64,000 nt of DNA from Rhodospirillaceae bacterium (GTDB lineage Bacteria > Pseudomonadota > Alphaproteobacteria > UBA8366). The notes beneath the pieces are model-generated. The model was not told the DNA's origin. It was given only the letters and a program-made list of their open reading frames with translations, and made no database searches. Both the position numbers and the translations under genes were made by a program. Positions 31,324 to 40,873 of this stretch are shown piece by piece; positions within the stretch are counted from its first letter, which is position 1, and each line of letters opens with the position of its first letter. The DNA lies in NCBI GenBank assembly GCA_002716125.1, contig PAZH01000079.1, positions 39,644 to 103,643 on the forward strand. The letters run 5' to 3'.

Positions 31324-31977
31324 TTACCATTTTGACCGGCCGAATAGACTGCTCTTTTCGCTCAGCATCTCGACCAATTCAGATTGTATGCCTTCGATCG
31401 CCCGCTTTTGCACCTCTTGCATCAGCCCGGGTACCATCAGGCAGTGATCCAGCCAACTCGTGTCGCTTTCGGACTCGCCGCGCGACGTTTCTATTTCCAC
31501 CTTCGGCTGGTTCGGACGGGAAACAACGGTTTTGACCGTAAAGTCCATGCGCGCGTTGCAAGTGCGTCCGGAGCAGAAGGCGTAGGGCTTGGCCTGCGTC
31601 AGCGTAACCGAGATGCCGCCATCGGCATTGAAATCCTGAATGTTGATCGGTGCGTCGCTCTTCGGCACGAACACGACATCCTCGAAGACCGCCTCGACCG
31701 CCAATTTCATCAATTTTTCAAGCGTTGGCGCAAATGCCAGCTTAAGGACGCAAAGATGTTTTTCTAAACTTTGAATAAGCGCCTTCGGGTTCATCAAGGA
31801 GACTTGAGGCGTTTTCTCCGGTGTTACATTGAGGACGGCGACATAGCGGCCCGGCGCTTTTTGATCCAAATCGCGAACGGTTGAGGTCGTGCCCGTTGGC
31901 TCAATGGTTTGGGTGCATCCGACGGCCAACAGGGAAACTAAGATCGTGAGACAGCGTGCCGTTGGTTTTGCGATCAT
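31324..31977 (-). CDS. hypothetical lipoprotein
   Basis: The ATG at 31977 gives MIAKPTARCLTILVSLLAVGC, which contains a lipobox (LAVGC). I recognise no family. Confidence 0.55.
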   Translation of the reverse strand: MIAKPTARCLTILVSLLAVGCTQTIEPTGTTSTVRDLDQKAPGRYVAVLNVTPEKTPQVSLMNPKALIQSLEKHLCVLKLAFAPTLEKLMKLAVEAVFEDVVFVPKSDAPINIQDFNADGGISVTLTQAKPYAFCSGRTCNARMDFTVKTVVSRPNQPKVEIETSRGESESDTSWLDHCLMVPGLMQEVQKRAIEGIQSELVEMLSEKSSLFGRSKW

Positions 31978-32149
31978 TGGAAGTAATTTATCTTTTAATT
32001 TTCTCCTAATTATTGTGTCGCGCCCAAGCCGGCGTGACAAGTGCGAGGCGGGGCTTTGTCTCCAGGCGTGCAGCCCTGGCTACCGATGATCTTGTGCTTT
32101 GTAGACCTGCTTCTACCTTGGTCATTATGGCATCGAGGGAGGCAGTTAC

Positions 32150-33052
32150 ATGAGTGATCGCAACAACACCGTCGGCTTTATCGGTATGGGTATGATGGGG
32201 GGCGGTATGGCTGCCAACCTGTTGAAAGCGGATTTCGACATGGTCGCTTACGATATCGACCCGGCGAAGAACGAACGGTTTGCCGGGCTCGGTGCGAAGA
32301 TCGCCAACGGCCCGGCCGGCGTCGCGCAAGGGGCGTCGACCGTGATTTGTATCGTCGAGACCTCCGCGCAGGTGCGCGATGTGGTTCTCGGCGACGGCGG
32401 TATCCTCGAGGGGGCGCAGGAAGGCGATATCTTCGTCTGTAGCGCGACCGTCGATCCGATCATGGTGAAAGAGCTGCACGATATCTTGGCGGAGAAGGGC
32501 ATCCGGATGTTGGATGCACCGGTCAGCGGCGGCGTGCCGCGTGCGGACTCCGGCGAGCTCTCGATTATCGTCGGCGGCGATGCGGCCGTGGTCGACGCAT
32601 GCCGCCCTTATTTCGACGCCATGTCGTCGAAAGTCTTCCATATGGGAGAGATCGGGCTCGGGCTCGCGATGAAGCTCTGCAACAACATGATTACGCAGGT
32701 GACGAAGGTTGTGGTGGCCGAGGCGATGGCGCTTGGCACGAAAGCGGGGCTCGACCCACAAGAGATGTATGACGTCATCAGCGTCAGCACCGGGAATTCG
32801 GATAGTTTCCGCGCGGCGGTGCCCCGATATCTCAGCGGCGATTTCTCGCCTGGCGGCACGGTGGATATATCGTACAAGGATCAGGAATTGGAGACCGCCT
32901 TCGCGAAGGCGCTCGGCGTGCCGATGTTCATGGCGGCCGCTTCGCAACAGGTCTATCAAATGGCGCGGGCCGCCGGCTTCAACAAGAACGACGGGAGTGT
33001 CCTGATCAAGCTCTACGAAGAGATGACCGGCGTGAAGTTGGGGCCGCGTTAA
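32150..33052 (+). CDS. NAD(P)-dependent oxidoreductase, 3-hydroxyisobutyrate / 2-hydroxy-3-oxopropionate reductase family
   Basis: Rossmann motif VGFIGMGMMGGGMAANL, then DAPVSGG and KLCNNM family motifs. Confidence 0.85.
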   Translation: MSDRNNTVGFIGMGMMGGGMAANLLKADFDMVAYDIDPAKNERFAGLGAKIANGPAGVAQGASTVICIVETSAQVRDVVLGDGGILEGAQEGDIFVCSATVDPIMVKELHDILAEKGIRMLDAPVSGGVPRADSGELSIIVGGDAAVVDACRPYFDAMSSKVFHMGEIGLGLAMKLCNNMITQVTKVVVAEAMALGTKAGLDPQEMYDVISVSTGNSDSFRAAVPRYLSGDFSPGGTVDISYKDQELETAFAKALGVPMFMAAASQQVYQMARAAGFNKNDGSVLIKLYEEMTGVKLGPR

Positions 33053-34317
33053 GACACCGGCGAGTAGATTTCGATGGGCCGCCCAATGTTCCGCAATGTG
33101 AACGCGCCGTGGCTCTTCCAAGGGTGGTTCAATAATTCCGCAAACCGGTCGGAAACGAGAATCGTCTCGCCAAGCTCCTTGCACTGAGCTTCGATGCGGG
33201 CAGCTTCGTTGGCGGCCTGGCCAATGACAGTGAATTCGATTCTCTTCGGCGTGCCGATGTTCCCATACATAACTTGGCCGACATGCAGTCCGATTCCAAA
33301 ATCGATTGCCGGCTCGCCTCGCGCGCGCCGGTCTGCGTTCACTTCCCGGCCGCGGGCGGCAGCTTGCAGTGCGGCGCGCAAAGCGTACTGACAGGCTTTC
33401 TGTTCCGGTTCGTAACGCTCGAACGGGAAGATAGCGAGTGAGGCATCGCCGATATAACGCAATATTTCGCCGCCCTCTTCGATAACCGCGCCGGCCGTTA
33501 TTTCGTAATAGTCGTTGAGTACGGTCAGGAAGCCATCTAGGTCGTAGTGTTCGGCTAAGGTTGACGATCCCCGTAGATCGCAAAACAGGATTACCGCGTC
33601 GATCACGTCACCGTCGCCTCGCTGAATCTGGCCGTCCCGGACGCGCTTGCCGGAATACGGGCCAAGATAGGCGGCCAGGATGTCGTCCACCAATCGTCGA
33701 TGTGTAAGGTTCTTGAGCTGAGCGCAGAGAGGCAAACGTATCGCCCGGAGAACTTCGAGTGCTTCTTCCGCGAATCCGCCGGGTGCGTTCGACGTCCACG
33801 TCAACGCGATCCCTTCTTGAGCATCGACGGGAATGGATCTGTCCGGAAAATTCGTGAATTGAACGAAATAGTCCGTGGCACCATTTTCCGCCGCCGATTT
33901 GAGGATCGAGAAGCGATCCGATTCCGAACCGGCGCGGATTGTGATGCGGCCTTCGACGCTGCCGTCTTCATAGAAGGGGCGCAGCGGACTTTCTTTCCAG
34001 GATGCCTTTCCGGCCAGTCCCCGTTGGAAGTTGTCCAATACAACGCCTTGATCCGGGCCCCAGGTATAGGTCCCAATCGAATAGAGAGGGTGAAGCATCG
34101 GCAATCCGATATGCATCCGATAAAATCGCATACCGAGGTTTTCGAGGTGACCGATGAGTTCGTTTTGCAGCTGCGGAACATCCATGTCGCTGAACGCGCT
34201 TCGGCTCAACCAGTCGAGCAGGTGCTGGTAACGGTGTGGTTGTAGTGCCATGGCCGGATTCGCCGATTCCAAGTCTACGATAGAGATAGCGGATAGAAGC
34301 GGTTCACGCGGCATCAT
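33049..34317 (-). CDS. class III adenylate/guanylate cyclase with an uncharacterised N-terminal domain
   Basis: C-terminal catalytic domain: AVILFCDLRGSSTLAE, RYIGDASLAIF and GLHVGQVMYGNIGTPKRIEFTVIGQAANEAARIE. I do not recognise the first ~240 aa. The start is uncertain because there is no SD. Confidence 0.85.
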   Translation of the reverse strand: MMPREPLLSAISIVDLESANPAMALQPHRYQHLLDWLSRSAFSDMDVPQLQNELIGHLENLGMRFYRMHIGLPMLHPLYSIGTYTWGPDQGVVLDNFQRGLAGKASWKESPLRPFYEDGSVEGRITIRAGSESDRFSILKSAAENGATDYFVQFTNFPDRSIPVDAQEGIALTWTSNAPGGFAEEALEVLRAIRLPLCAQLKNLTHRRLVDDILAAYLGPYSGKRVRDGQIQRGDGDVIDAVILFCDLRGSSTLAEHYDLDGFLTVLNDYYEITAGAVIEEGGEILRYIGDASLAIFPFERYEPEQKACQYALRAALQAAARGREVNADRRARGEPAIDFGIGLHVGQVMYGNIGTPKRIEFTVIGQAANEAARIEAQCKELGETILVSDRFAELLNHPWKSHGAFTLRNIGRPIEIYSPVS

Positions 34318-34337
34318 ATAATTTTGTGAAAAATTAT
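34318..34337. promoter_or_regulatory. AT-rich perfect palindrome ATAATTTT-GTGA-AAAATTAT in the cyclase / LysR divergent region
   Basis: 8-nt perfect inverted repeat directly abutting the cyclase start codon and 50 nt upstream of the LysR gene. Its shape is compatible with a T-N11-A LysR-type box. Confidence 0.3.
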
Positions 34338-34386
34338 ATTAAGCGTTAGTTTTGGATATCAGTATTCCTAAAATGGATATAATGAG

Positions 34387-35301
34387 ATGGATACCGAAGG
34401 TGTGCGCCTGTTTGTGATGGCCGCCGAGATGCTGAATATCAGTGCGGCGGGACGTCAACTCGGTTTGGCGCCGGCGGTCGCGAGTGCGCGGCTTTCCAAG
34501 CTTGAAAAACAAATGGGCGCGGATTTGCTGCACCGTTCGACGCGGCGCGTTTCGCTGTCGCTCGAAGGGGCTGAGTTTCTTCCTTTTGCCAAAGAGATTC
34601 TCGCGCAGGAAGACGCGGCGCATGCCGCACTCGGACATATCAGCGCCGAGGTAACGGGCACCCTGCGCTTTGCGGCGTCCAGCACGTTCGCCCAACTCTT
34701 TGTCGCGCCGATTTTGCCGGTGTTTTTGGAGCGCTATCCCGGCATCAATCTCGATCTGAAGTTGTCGGACACGCAGATGAATTTGATCGAAGGCGGTTTC
34801 GATTTGGCGCTGCGTAATTATGCCATCGAGGACAGCACGCTTCGGGCACGGAAATTGGCAGACGATCGCCGCATTCTCTGCGCGTCGCCGGATTATCTTG
34901 CCTGCCACGGTTCGCCCCGGGTACCTGGCGATCTCATCGACCACCAATTGTTGGTGTTCATGGACGGTCCGAGTCGAAAACTCCTCAAGGATGGTGAAGT
35001 TTCGTCCGAGGTTTTCCCGCCGAATAATGTTGCGGGACGGATCGTCTGCGATGATGGAAACAGCATGAAGATCGCGACAAAGGCGGGCGTTGGTATTTCG
35101 ATGAACTCGCTGTGGAGCGTTTATAAGGAAATTCAGGACGGATCGCTCGTCCGCGTGCTTCCGGACTATGAGGTGTCGGACGCGTCGGCAATTTGGTTGG
35201 TTTATCCGAAGTCGAACGTTTTGACGGCGAAAGTCCGCGTCTTTATTGACTTCCTACTCGAAGAAATCGGTTCCCAGCCCATTTGGGAACAGAATTCTTA
35301 A
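34387..35301 (+). CDS. LysR family transcriptional regulator
   Basis: N-terminal HTH (LFVMAAEMLNISAAGRQLGLAPAVASARLSKLE) plus a LysR effector domain. Confidence 0.9.
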   Translation: MDTEGVRLFVMAAEMLNISAAGRQLGLAPAVASARLSKLEKQMGADLLHRSTRRVSLSLEGAEFLPFAKEILAQEDAAHAALGHISAEVTGTLRFAASSTFAQLFVAPILPVFLERYPGINLDLKLSDTQMNLIEGGFDLALRNYAIEDSTLRARKLADDRRILCASPDYLACHGSPRVPGDLIDHQLLVFMDGPSRKLLKDGEVSSEVFPPNNVAGRIVCDDGNSMKIATKAGVGISMNSLWSVYKEIQDGSLVRVLPDYEVSDASAIWLVYPKSNVLTAKVRVFIDFLLEEIGSQPIWEQNS

Positions 35302-35407
35302 TTTTCATTATATGTATTTCTTAAAAAAAGTTTTCGATTCTGCGCTCTATATAAAAAAATAAAAGATAATACCTTGGGGTCAACGTTACCTCCCAAGGAG
35401 ATCTTCG

Positions 35408-36397
35408 ATGAAAGCGATGGCGCTCACGGAATACGGCGAAAATGCCGAATTCCAATCCACCGATATAGCGAAACCTGAAGCAGAGCCGGGGCACGTCATC
35501 GTGCGAATTGCGGCAACCAGTGTGAATACGGTCGATACGATGATCCGCCGGATGGGCCAAGAAGAGCTGCCGCTTTCGCCGGATTTGCCGGCCGTACTCG
35601 GTATGGATTTCGCCGGAACGGTCGAGGCCGTTGGCGATGGCGTGTCCGGGTTTGCCGTCGGGGACGAAGTCTATGGCTGCGCGGGCGGGCTTGGCGACTT
35701 GCAAGGCGCGCTCGCAGAATTCATGGACGCGGACGCCAAACTCATTGCCCACAAGCCGAAGTCGCTCTCAATGCGCGAAGCGGCGGCGCTGCCTCTTGTT
35801 GCGATTACCGCCTATGAAGGATTGAAGCGTGCAAATTTGGAGGCCGGCCAAACGGTCTTGGTGCACGGTGGTGCTGGAGGTGTTGGACATGTCGCGGTTC
35901 AGCTGGCCAAGCATTTCGGTGCGGACGTTTATGCGACGGTCGGCGGCCATCAGCAGCTTGAGTTCGTCAAAGGGTACGGCGCAACGCCGATCAACTATAA
36001 GACAGAGGCGGTCGCGGATTACGTTGCCAGTCACACCGGTGGTGCGGGGTTCGACGTCGTCTTCGATTCCGTTGGCGGGGTCAATATGCTGAATTCGTTC
36101 GAGGCCGCGGCCTTAAACGGCCAGATCGCGACGACGGTTTCGCTTCTGGAATTGGATTTGTCGGCGGCGCACTTCAAAGGGTTATCGGTACACGTGGTGT
36201 TTATGTTGATCCCGATGCTGCACGACCATAAGCGGGAATCTCATGGTGCGATCCTCAGCGAACTCGCCGCGATCGTTGACAACGGCGGACTGAAGCCATT
36301 GCTCGATGCGCCGCGCTTCTCATTCGATGAGGTCGGCCAAGCCTATGATCGCCTATCCAGCGGTCGGGCGATCGGCAAGGTCGTCGTCGAATTGTGA
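35408..36397 (+). CDS. zinc-type alcohol dehydrogenase / NADPH:quinone oxidoreductase (MDR superfamily)
   Basis: Nucleotide-binding motif GQTVLVHGGAGGVGHVAVQLAK and the typical C-terminus GRAIGKVVVE. Confidence 0.85.
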   Translation: MKAMALTEYGENAEFQSTDIAKPEAEPGHVIVRIAATSVNTVDTMIRRMGQEELPLSPDLPAVLGMDFAGTVEAVGDGVSGFAVGDEVYGCAGGLGDLQGALAEFMDADAKLIAHKPKSLSMREAAALPLVAITAYEGLKRANLEAGQTVLVHGGAGGVGHVAVQLAKHFGADVYATVGGHQQLEFVKGYGATPINYKTEAVADYVASHTGGAGFDVVFDSVGGVNMLNSFEAAALNGQIATTVSLLELDLSAAHFKGLSVHVVFMLIPMLHDHKRESHGAILSELAAIVDNGGLKPLLDAPRFSFDEVGQAYDRLSSGRAIGKVVVEL

Positions 36398-37678
36398 TCG
36401 AGTGCTGCTCACCTTCGGACCGCAGGCGCAAACGCCGGTCTCCGGCAGGTCGAGTTCGATCCGGCGCGCGGCGTCATAGTGGCCGGCCAACTCGTCCGCG
36501 ATGGATCGGACCTGTTCGTATCCCGTTTTCATGAGGAATGTCGGTGCGCGTCCGTAAGCCTTCATGCCCACAATGAAGAAGTTCCGATCGGGGTGCGATA
36601 GTTCGTCGACGCCGTGCGGCGGGACCGTGCCGCAGGAGTGCAGGTTCGGATCGATCAGCGGTGCCAGACGCCGAGGCGCTTCGACGATCTCGTCGAGGTC
36701 GAGGCGCAATTCGCGAAGCATTTCGAGGTCGGGCCGGAAACCGGCGGCAACGACAATTCGATCGACCGCCAACGTCTCGTTACGGCCATCGACTTGCGCA
36801 TGCACGTTGAGCCCGTCCACCGTCTGATCGATCTTGCGGACGCTGAAGGGCGCGAGAAGTTTAAGCGATCCGGCCTCCATGGCTTCTTTCGCGGCGAGCC
36901 CTAGGGCCCCGCGCGCCGGGAGCTCATCGTTGATGCCGCCGCCGATCAGTTTGTCGATGTTGTTTCGACGCAGGCCCCAGAACAGCTTCGTACCGCCATG
37001 CCCTTTCTTGAGAGACAGTAGGTCGAGGGACACGTTGATCGCGGAATGCCCGCCGCCAAGAACCAAAATGCGTTTGCCCGCGTAGTTCGCCTTGTCCTTG
37101 TCGAGGACATCGGGAATGCCGTAGTCGATCGACGCTGCGGCGGCCTGTTCGCCCGGTACCGGCAATCCGTCGATGCCGATTGGGTTCGGCTGGAACCATG
37201 TGCCCGAAGCGTCGATGACGGCCGCCGCTTCGACGATACGATGCGCGCCGTCAGCGTCTCCATAATGAACGTTGTAGGTTGCCGTATCCCGGTTCTCAGA
37301 TGAGGGTTTGCCGTGGCCGCGTTTAGATACGGCGCGGACGTCTGCATTGTAGATGATGCAATTTGCGAGCGCCGCCGTCGTGACCGCGGGGACCAGATAG
37401 GAGTCGACGATTTCCTGGCCTGTCGGCAGGTGTTCGGGGTCCGGCAGTTTCCAGCCGGTGGGCGCGAGCAATGCTTCGACGGCTTTATCCGTCACGTGTT
37501 TCCACGGTGTGAAGACGTTGACATGACCCCATTCCCGAATGGCATGCCCGGCGGCGGGGCCCTTTTCCAATACCAGCGGCGTCAGACCGCGCGCCAAAAG
37601 GTGGGCGGCGGCTGCAATGCCAATAGGTCCAGCTCCGATGATGACGGCGTCGGGTGTGGCTGTTTTCTGGTCTGACAT
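36353..37678 (-). CDS. FAD/NAD(P)-binding oxidoreductase (flavoprotein monooxygenase / disulfide-reductase-like)
   Basis: Two dinucleotide-binding motifs: DAVIIGAGPIGIAAAAHL and GKRILVLGGGHSAINV. It is co-directional with the upstream PadR gene and overlaps the convergent qor-like gene by 45 nt. Confidence 0.75.
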   Translation of the reverse strand: MSDQKTATPDAVIIGAGPIGIAAAAHLLARGLTPLVLEKGPAAGHAIREWGHVNVFTPWKHVTDKAVEALLAPTGWKLPDPEHLPTGQEIVDSYLVPAVTTAALANCIIYNADVRAVSKRGHGKPSSENRDTATYNVHYGDADGAHRIVEAAAVIDASGTWFQPNPIGIDGLPVPGEQAAAASIDYGIPDVLDKDKANYAGKRILVLGGGHSAINVSLDLLSLKKGHGGTKLFWGLRRNNIDKLIGGGINDELPARGALGLAAKEAMEAGSLKLLAPFSVRKIDQTVDGLNVHAQVDGRNETLAVDRIVVAAGFRPDLEMLRELRLDLDEIVEAPRRLAPLIDPNLHSCGTVPPHGVDELSHPDRNFFIVGMKAYGRAPTFLMKTGYEQVRSIADELAGHYDAARRIELDLPETGVCACGPKVSSTRSQFDDDLADRPTAG

Positions 37679-37729
37679 CGTCTTTGTCCTTCGTGCATCG
37701 ACCCTTGAAGCATCGGGTCAAATTAAGAG

Positions 37730-38116
37730 TTAACGCCTTTGCGCGAGCATTGGCACGCAGCCTTCCAGTGTCTTGGTCATTTTCATCCACTCCCCTAGAC
37801 CGACGCGGAAGGCCTCGCGGCCCTTGTCCGTGATCGCATAGGTCTTTCGTTCGCGGCCTGAGACGATCTTGCTCTCGTAGGTGACGTATCCACCCTCGGC
37901 GAATTGTTTCAGGACCGGATAGATTGTCCCTTCGCGCGGCGCACAGCATCCTTCTGTCCGCCGCTCAACTTCCTTGGCGATATCGTAGCCGTGCAACGGC
38001 CGGTCCTGGAGCACGCACAAGATGAAGAACTTCGATAAGCTCATACGAATGGTGCCGTTCCAATAATCCGGGCTCAGTAAATCTGGCAGGTTTGCGGTAT
38101 TGGTCATAATGATCAT
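37730..38116 (-). CDS. PadR family transcriptional regulator
   Basis: LSKFFILCVLQDRPLHGYDIAKEVERRTEG....EGTIYPVLKQFAEGGYV is a canonical PadR wHTH. Confidence 0.85.
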   Translation of the reverse strand: MIIMTNTANLPDLLSPDYWNGTIRMSLSKFFILCVLQDRPLHGYDIAKEVERRTEGCCAPREGTIYPVLKQFAEGGYVTYESKIVSGRERKTYAITDKGREAFRVGLGEWMKMTKTLEGCVPMLAQRR

Positions 38117-38190
38117 CTATGCATTGAGCATCGATGTATCAAGGCACGATGGAAGAATTTTTATCGACAATATTGTTCCGAATTCCAGAC

Positions 38191-38219
38191 AAGAAAAAAC
38201 CGGCGTGACGCCGGTTTCT
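38191..38219 (-). terminator. rho-independent terminator downstream of mucR
   Basis: On the minus strand the hairpin aaaccggcg-tca-cgccggttt is followed by TTTTTTCTT. It lies 23 nt after the mucR stop. Confidence 0.7.
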
Positions 38220-38241
38220 TCTTAACGCGTGATGTCCGCTT

Positions 38242-38670
38242 TTATTGTGCCGCTTCAGATCGTCCCAGGCCGATCTTTTTGGCGAATGCGGAACGTTGTT
38301 TGGAGTAGTTCGGGGCAACCATCGGATAGTCCGCGGGAAGTCCCCATTTCGAACGGTATTCTTCCGGAGAGAGTCCGTATACGGTCCGCAAGTGGCGCTT
38401 CAACATTTTCAGCTTCTTCCCGTCCTCAAGACAGACGATGTAGTCCGGCGTGATCGAACGGCGGACCGGAATAGCTGCTTTTTGAGAATGCCCATTTGCG
38501 GGGGCTGACACGCCGTTAACGCGGCGGAGAGTACCGTAGACCGTATTAATGACATCCGGGAGTTGCGTCGCCGGCAGCGAATTGTTCCCGACGTAGGCCG
38601 CGACGACTTCTGCCGTCATGCGGAGAATGTCTCCCCGCTCAGCTTTCTGCTGTGTGGCTTCCTGACTCAT
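38242..38670 (-). CDS. mucR: MucR/Ros family transcriptional regulator
   Basis: ITPDYIVCLEDGKKLKMLKRHLRTVYGLSPEEYRSKWGLPADYPMVAPNY is the Ros/MucR zinc-finger domain. Confidence 0.9.
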   Translation of the reverse strand: MSQEATQQKAERGDILRMTAEVVAAYVGNNSLPATQLPDVINTVYGTLRRVNGVSAPANGHSQKAAIPVRRSITPDYIVCLEDGKKLKMLKRHLRTVYGLSPEEYRSKWGLPADYPMVAPNYSKQRSAFAKKIGLGRSEAAQ

Positions 38671-39075
38671 TGTTAGTGCTACCCAAGTTTTAGTGTTTTG
38701 TAAGTTTAAATAGTTATTATGTAATTATTCATTCACATATTTCAGGTTTAGAGTCAACTTTATTTGGCGAATTGTTGAGTAATCGATTCCCTTTAGACTC
38801 TGCGAGATGAAATAATTCTCATGTATTCAGTACGAGTTCATGCCACTACATGTGCGAATATTTTAAACCGAGTCCCCAAGATGATGTGTCGTGCACCTGT
38901 ACCGGGAGAAGTCGCGAAATTTTATTGCTCAAAACGGCCAAATTCGCGCCGATCCGGGCGATTCTTCGAGACCTAGTAGCAGGCTGGTCAGCAATATCGA
39001 CATATGGTATGGAAATGCCCCAAGTATGTACGCGACGACCTGTTATCAATATTTAATTCGGAAAGGTGCCGGTAT
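38671..39075. promoter_or_regulatory. AT-rich divergent intergenic region (mucR / rpiB promoters; candidate MucR target)
   Basis: A 405-bp stretch that is visibly much more AT-rich than any flanking DNA, with runs such as tttaaatagttattatgtaattattcattcacatatttc. It contains no convincing ORF. Confidence 0.5.
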
Positions 39076-39513
39076 ATGGCGGCTGAAGTAATCGCCATTG
39101 CTTCCGATCACGCTGGAGTAGACTTCAAGGAAAGCTTGAAGACGATGTTGAGCGAGGCAGGGCGGGACGTCCTCGACCTTGGTACAAACAGCCCAGATTC
39201 GGTCGATTACCCGGATTTTGCCGACGCGCTCACATCTGCGATCGGCGATGGACGTGCGGAAAGGGGCGTGCTGATCTGTGGCACCGGCATCGGCATGTCG
39301 ATAGCGGCGAACCGCAAACCGTTTATACGTGCTGCCCTCTGCCACAGCGCGACCGATGCCCGGTTTGCGCGCCAACACAATGACGCCAATGTTTTGATAC
39401 TGGGCGCGCGGACCCTCGGAATTGAAATTGCCCGGGACTGTCTCGGTGCTTTCCTCGACACTGAATTCGAGGGGGGCCGTCATCAGCGCCGGGTCGACAA
39501 GATGTCCGGTTAG
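39076..39513 (+). CDS. rpiB: ribose 5-phosphate isomerase B
   Basis: The ATG at 39076 gives MAAEVIAIASDHAG. RpiB/LacAB motifs: LICGTGIGMSIAANR and a C-terminal GGRHQRRV. Confidence 0.9.
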   Translation: MAAEVIAIASDHAGVDFKESLKTMLSEAGRDVLDLGTNSPDSVDYPDFADALTSAIGDGRAERGVLICGTGIGMSIAANRKPFIRAALCHSATDARFARQHNDANVLILGARTLGIEIARDCLGAFLDTEFEGGRHQRRVDKMSG

Positions 39514-39537
39514 GATATCGGAAGAGAAAGCTTACGA

Positions 39538-40848
39538 ATGTCGGAATCCAACACTGCAAGTCTAATGGGCGACTTCGACGCGTTTTTTGGCCAATCCGTT
39601 GGCGAGCGCGATCCCGAAGTGGCGGCAGCGATTGCCAACGAATTACATCGGCAACAAAACCAGATCGAGTTGATCGCGTCCGAGAATATTGTCAGTAAGG
39701 CAGTGCTCGAAGCCAGCGGCTCGATCATGACCAACAAGTATGCCGAAGGGTATCCGGGCCGGCGCTATTATGGCGGTTGCGAATTTGTCGATGTGGCGGA
39801 AGAGCTCGCGATCGACAGGATCAAACAACTGCTTGGCTGCGCGTTTGCCAATGTTCAGCCGCACTCGGGAAGTCAGGCGAATTTCGGCGTCTATCAGGCC
39901 TTGTTGACGCCGGGCGATACACTCATGGGGATGTCGCTCGACAGTGGCGGGCATCTGACGCATGGCGCGAAACCGAACCAATCGGGGAAGTGGTTCAACG
40001 CGGTGCAATATGGTGTGCGTCAGCAGGACGGCCGGATCGATTATGATGCGGCGGCGGCGCTGGCCCAGGAGACGATGCCGAAAATCATCGTTGCCGGCGG
40101 ATCGGCGTATCCGCGCGAAATCGATTTCGAGAAGTTCCGCGAGATCGCAGGTTCCGTGGGCGCCTATTTCATGGTCGATATGGCGCATTTCGCGGGTCTC
40201 GTCGCAGGCGGTGTGCACCCGAGCCCGGTGCCGATTGCCGATGTCGTGACGTTCACGACCCACAAGACTTTGCGGGGACCGCGCGGCGGGGCCATTGTGA
40301 CGAACGATGAGGCGATTGCGAAAAAGGTGAATTCCGCGATCTTTCCCGGCATTCAAGGCGGGCCGCTTATGCATGTCATCGCGGCGAAAGCGGTGGCCTT
40401 TGGGGAAGCCTTACGCCCGGAGTTCAAGTCTTATGCGCGTGCCGTCGCCGACAATGCGGAAATATTGGCGACCACGCTGAATGCGGGCGGCTTAGACATC
40501 GTCACCGGCGGCACGGATACGCATGTGGTGCTGGTCGATCTCCGGCCGATGAAATTGACTGGCCGCGATTCGGAAGCCGCCATGGAGCGCGCCGGATTGA
40601 CGTGCAACAAGAACGCTGTGCCGTTCGATCCGGAAAAGCCGACGATCACTTCCGGTGTCCGTCTTGGATCGCCGGCGGCTACCAGCCGCGGCTTCGGGCA
40701 GGCGGAGTTCAAACGGGTCGGTGAACTCATTATTCAAGTCTTGAGCGGCCTTGCCGAGCGGCCGGAAGAACAGGAAGCGACCGAAGCTGACGTTCGGGCG
40801 CAAGTCGAGGAACTGTGCAAGCGGTTCCCCATCTACCCAGGAATTTAA
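39538..40848 (+). CDS. glyA: serine hydroxymethyltransferase
   Basis: Full-length SHMT pattern, including the PLP-lysine motif [12 protein letters not shown]. Confidence 0.97.
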   Translation: MSESNTASLMGDFDAFFGQSVGERDPEVAAAIANELHRQQNQIELIASENIVSKAVLEASGSIMTNKYAEGYPGRRYYGGCEFVDVAEELAIDRIKQLLGCAFANVQPHSGSQANFGVYQALLTPGDTLMGMSLDSGGHLTHGAKPNQSGKWFNAVQYGVRQQDGRIDYDAAAALAQETMPKIIVAGGSAYPREIDFEKFREIAGSVGAYFMVDMAHFAGLVAGGVHPSPVPIADVVTFTTHKTLRGPRGGAIVTNDEAIAKKVNSAIFPGIQGGPLMHVIAAKAVAFGEALRPEFKSYARAVADNAEILATTLNAGGLDIVTGGTDTHVVLVDLRPMKLTGRDSEAAMERAGLTCNKNAVPFDPEKPTITSGVRLGSPAATSRGFGQAEFKRVGELIIQVLSGLAERPEEQEATEADVRAQVEELCKRFPIYPGI

Positions 40849-40873
40849 GGATGAAAGGGCAGGAGGTTTAACA

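Noticed and set aside
32006-33583. 525-aa minus-strand ORF spanning the dehydrogenase gene and part of the cyclase gene
   Set aside because: It lies antisense to one motif-supported gene, continues out of frame through part of another, and is Arg/Pro/His-rich with no recognisable domain. This is the typical long shadow ORF of high-GC DNA.
38846-39091. Small ORFs (66-68 aa) inside the AT-rich mucR / rpiB intergenic region
   Set aside because: They have no SD sequences, overlap one another on both strands, and have composition unlike the rest of the window. This is more consistent with non-coding regulatory DNA.
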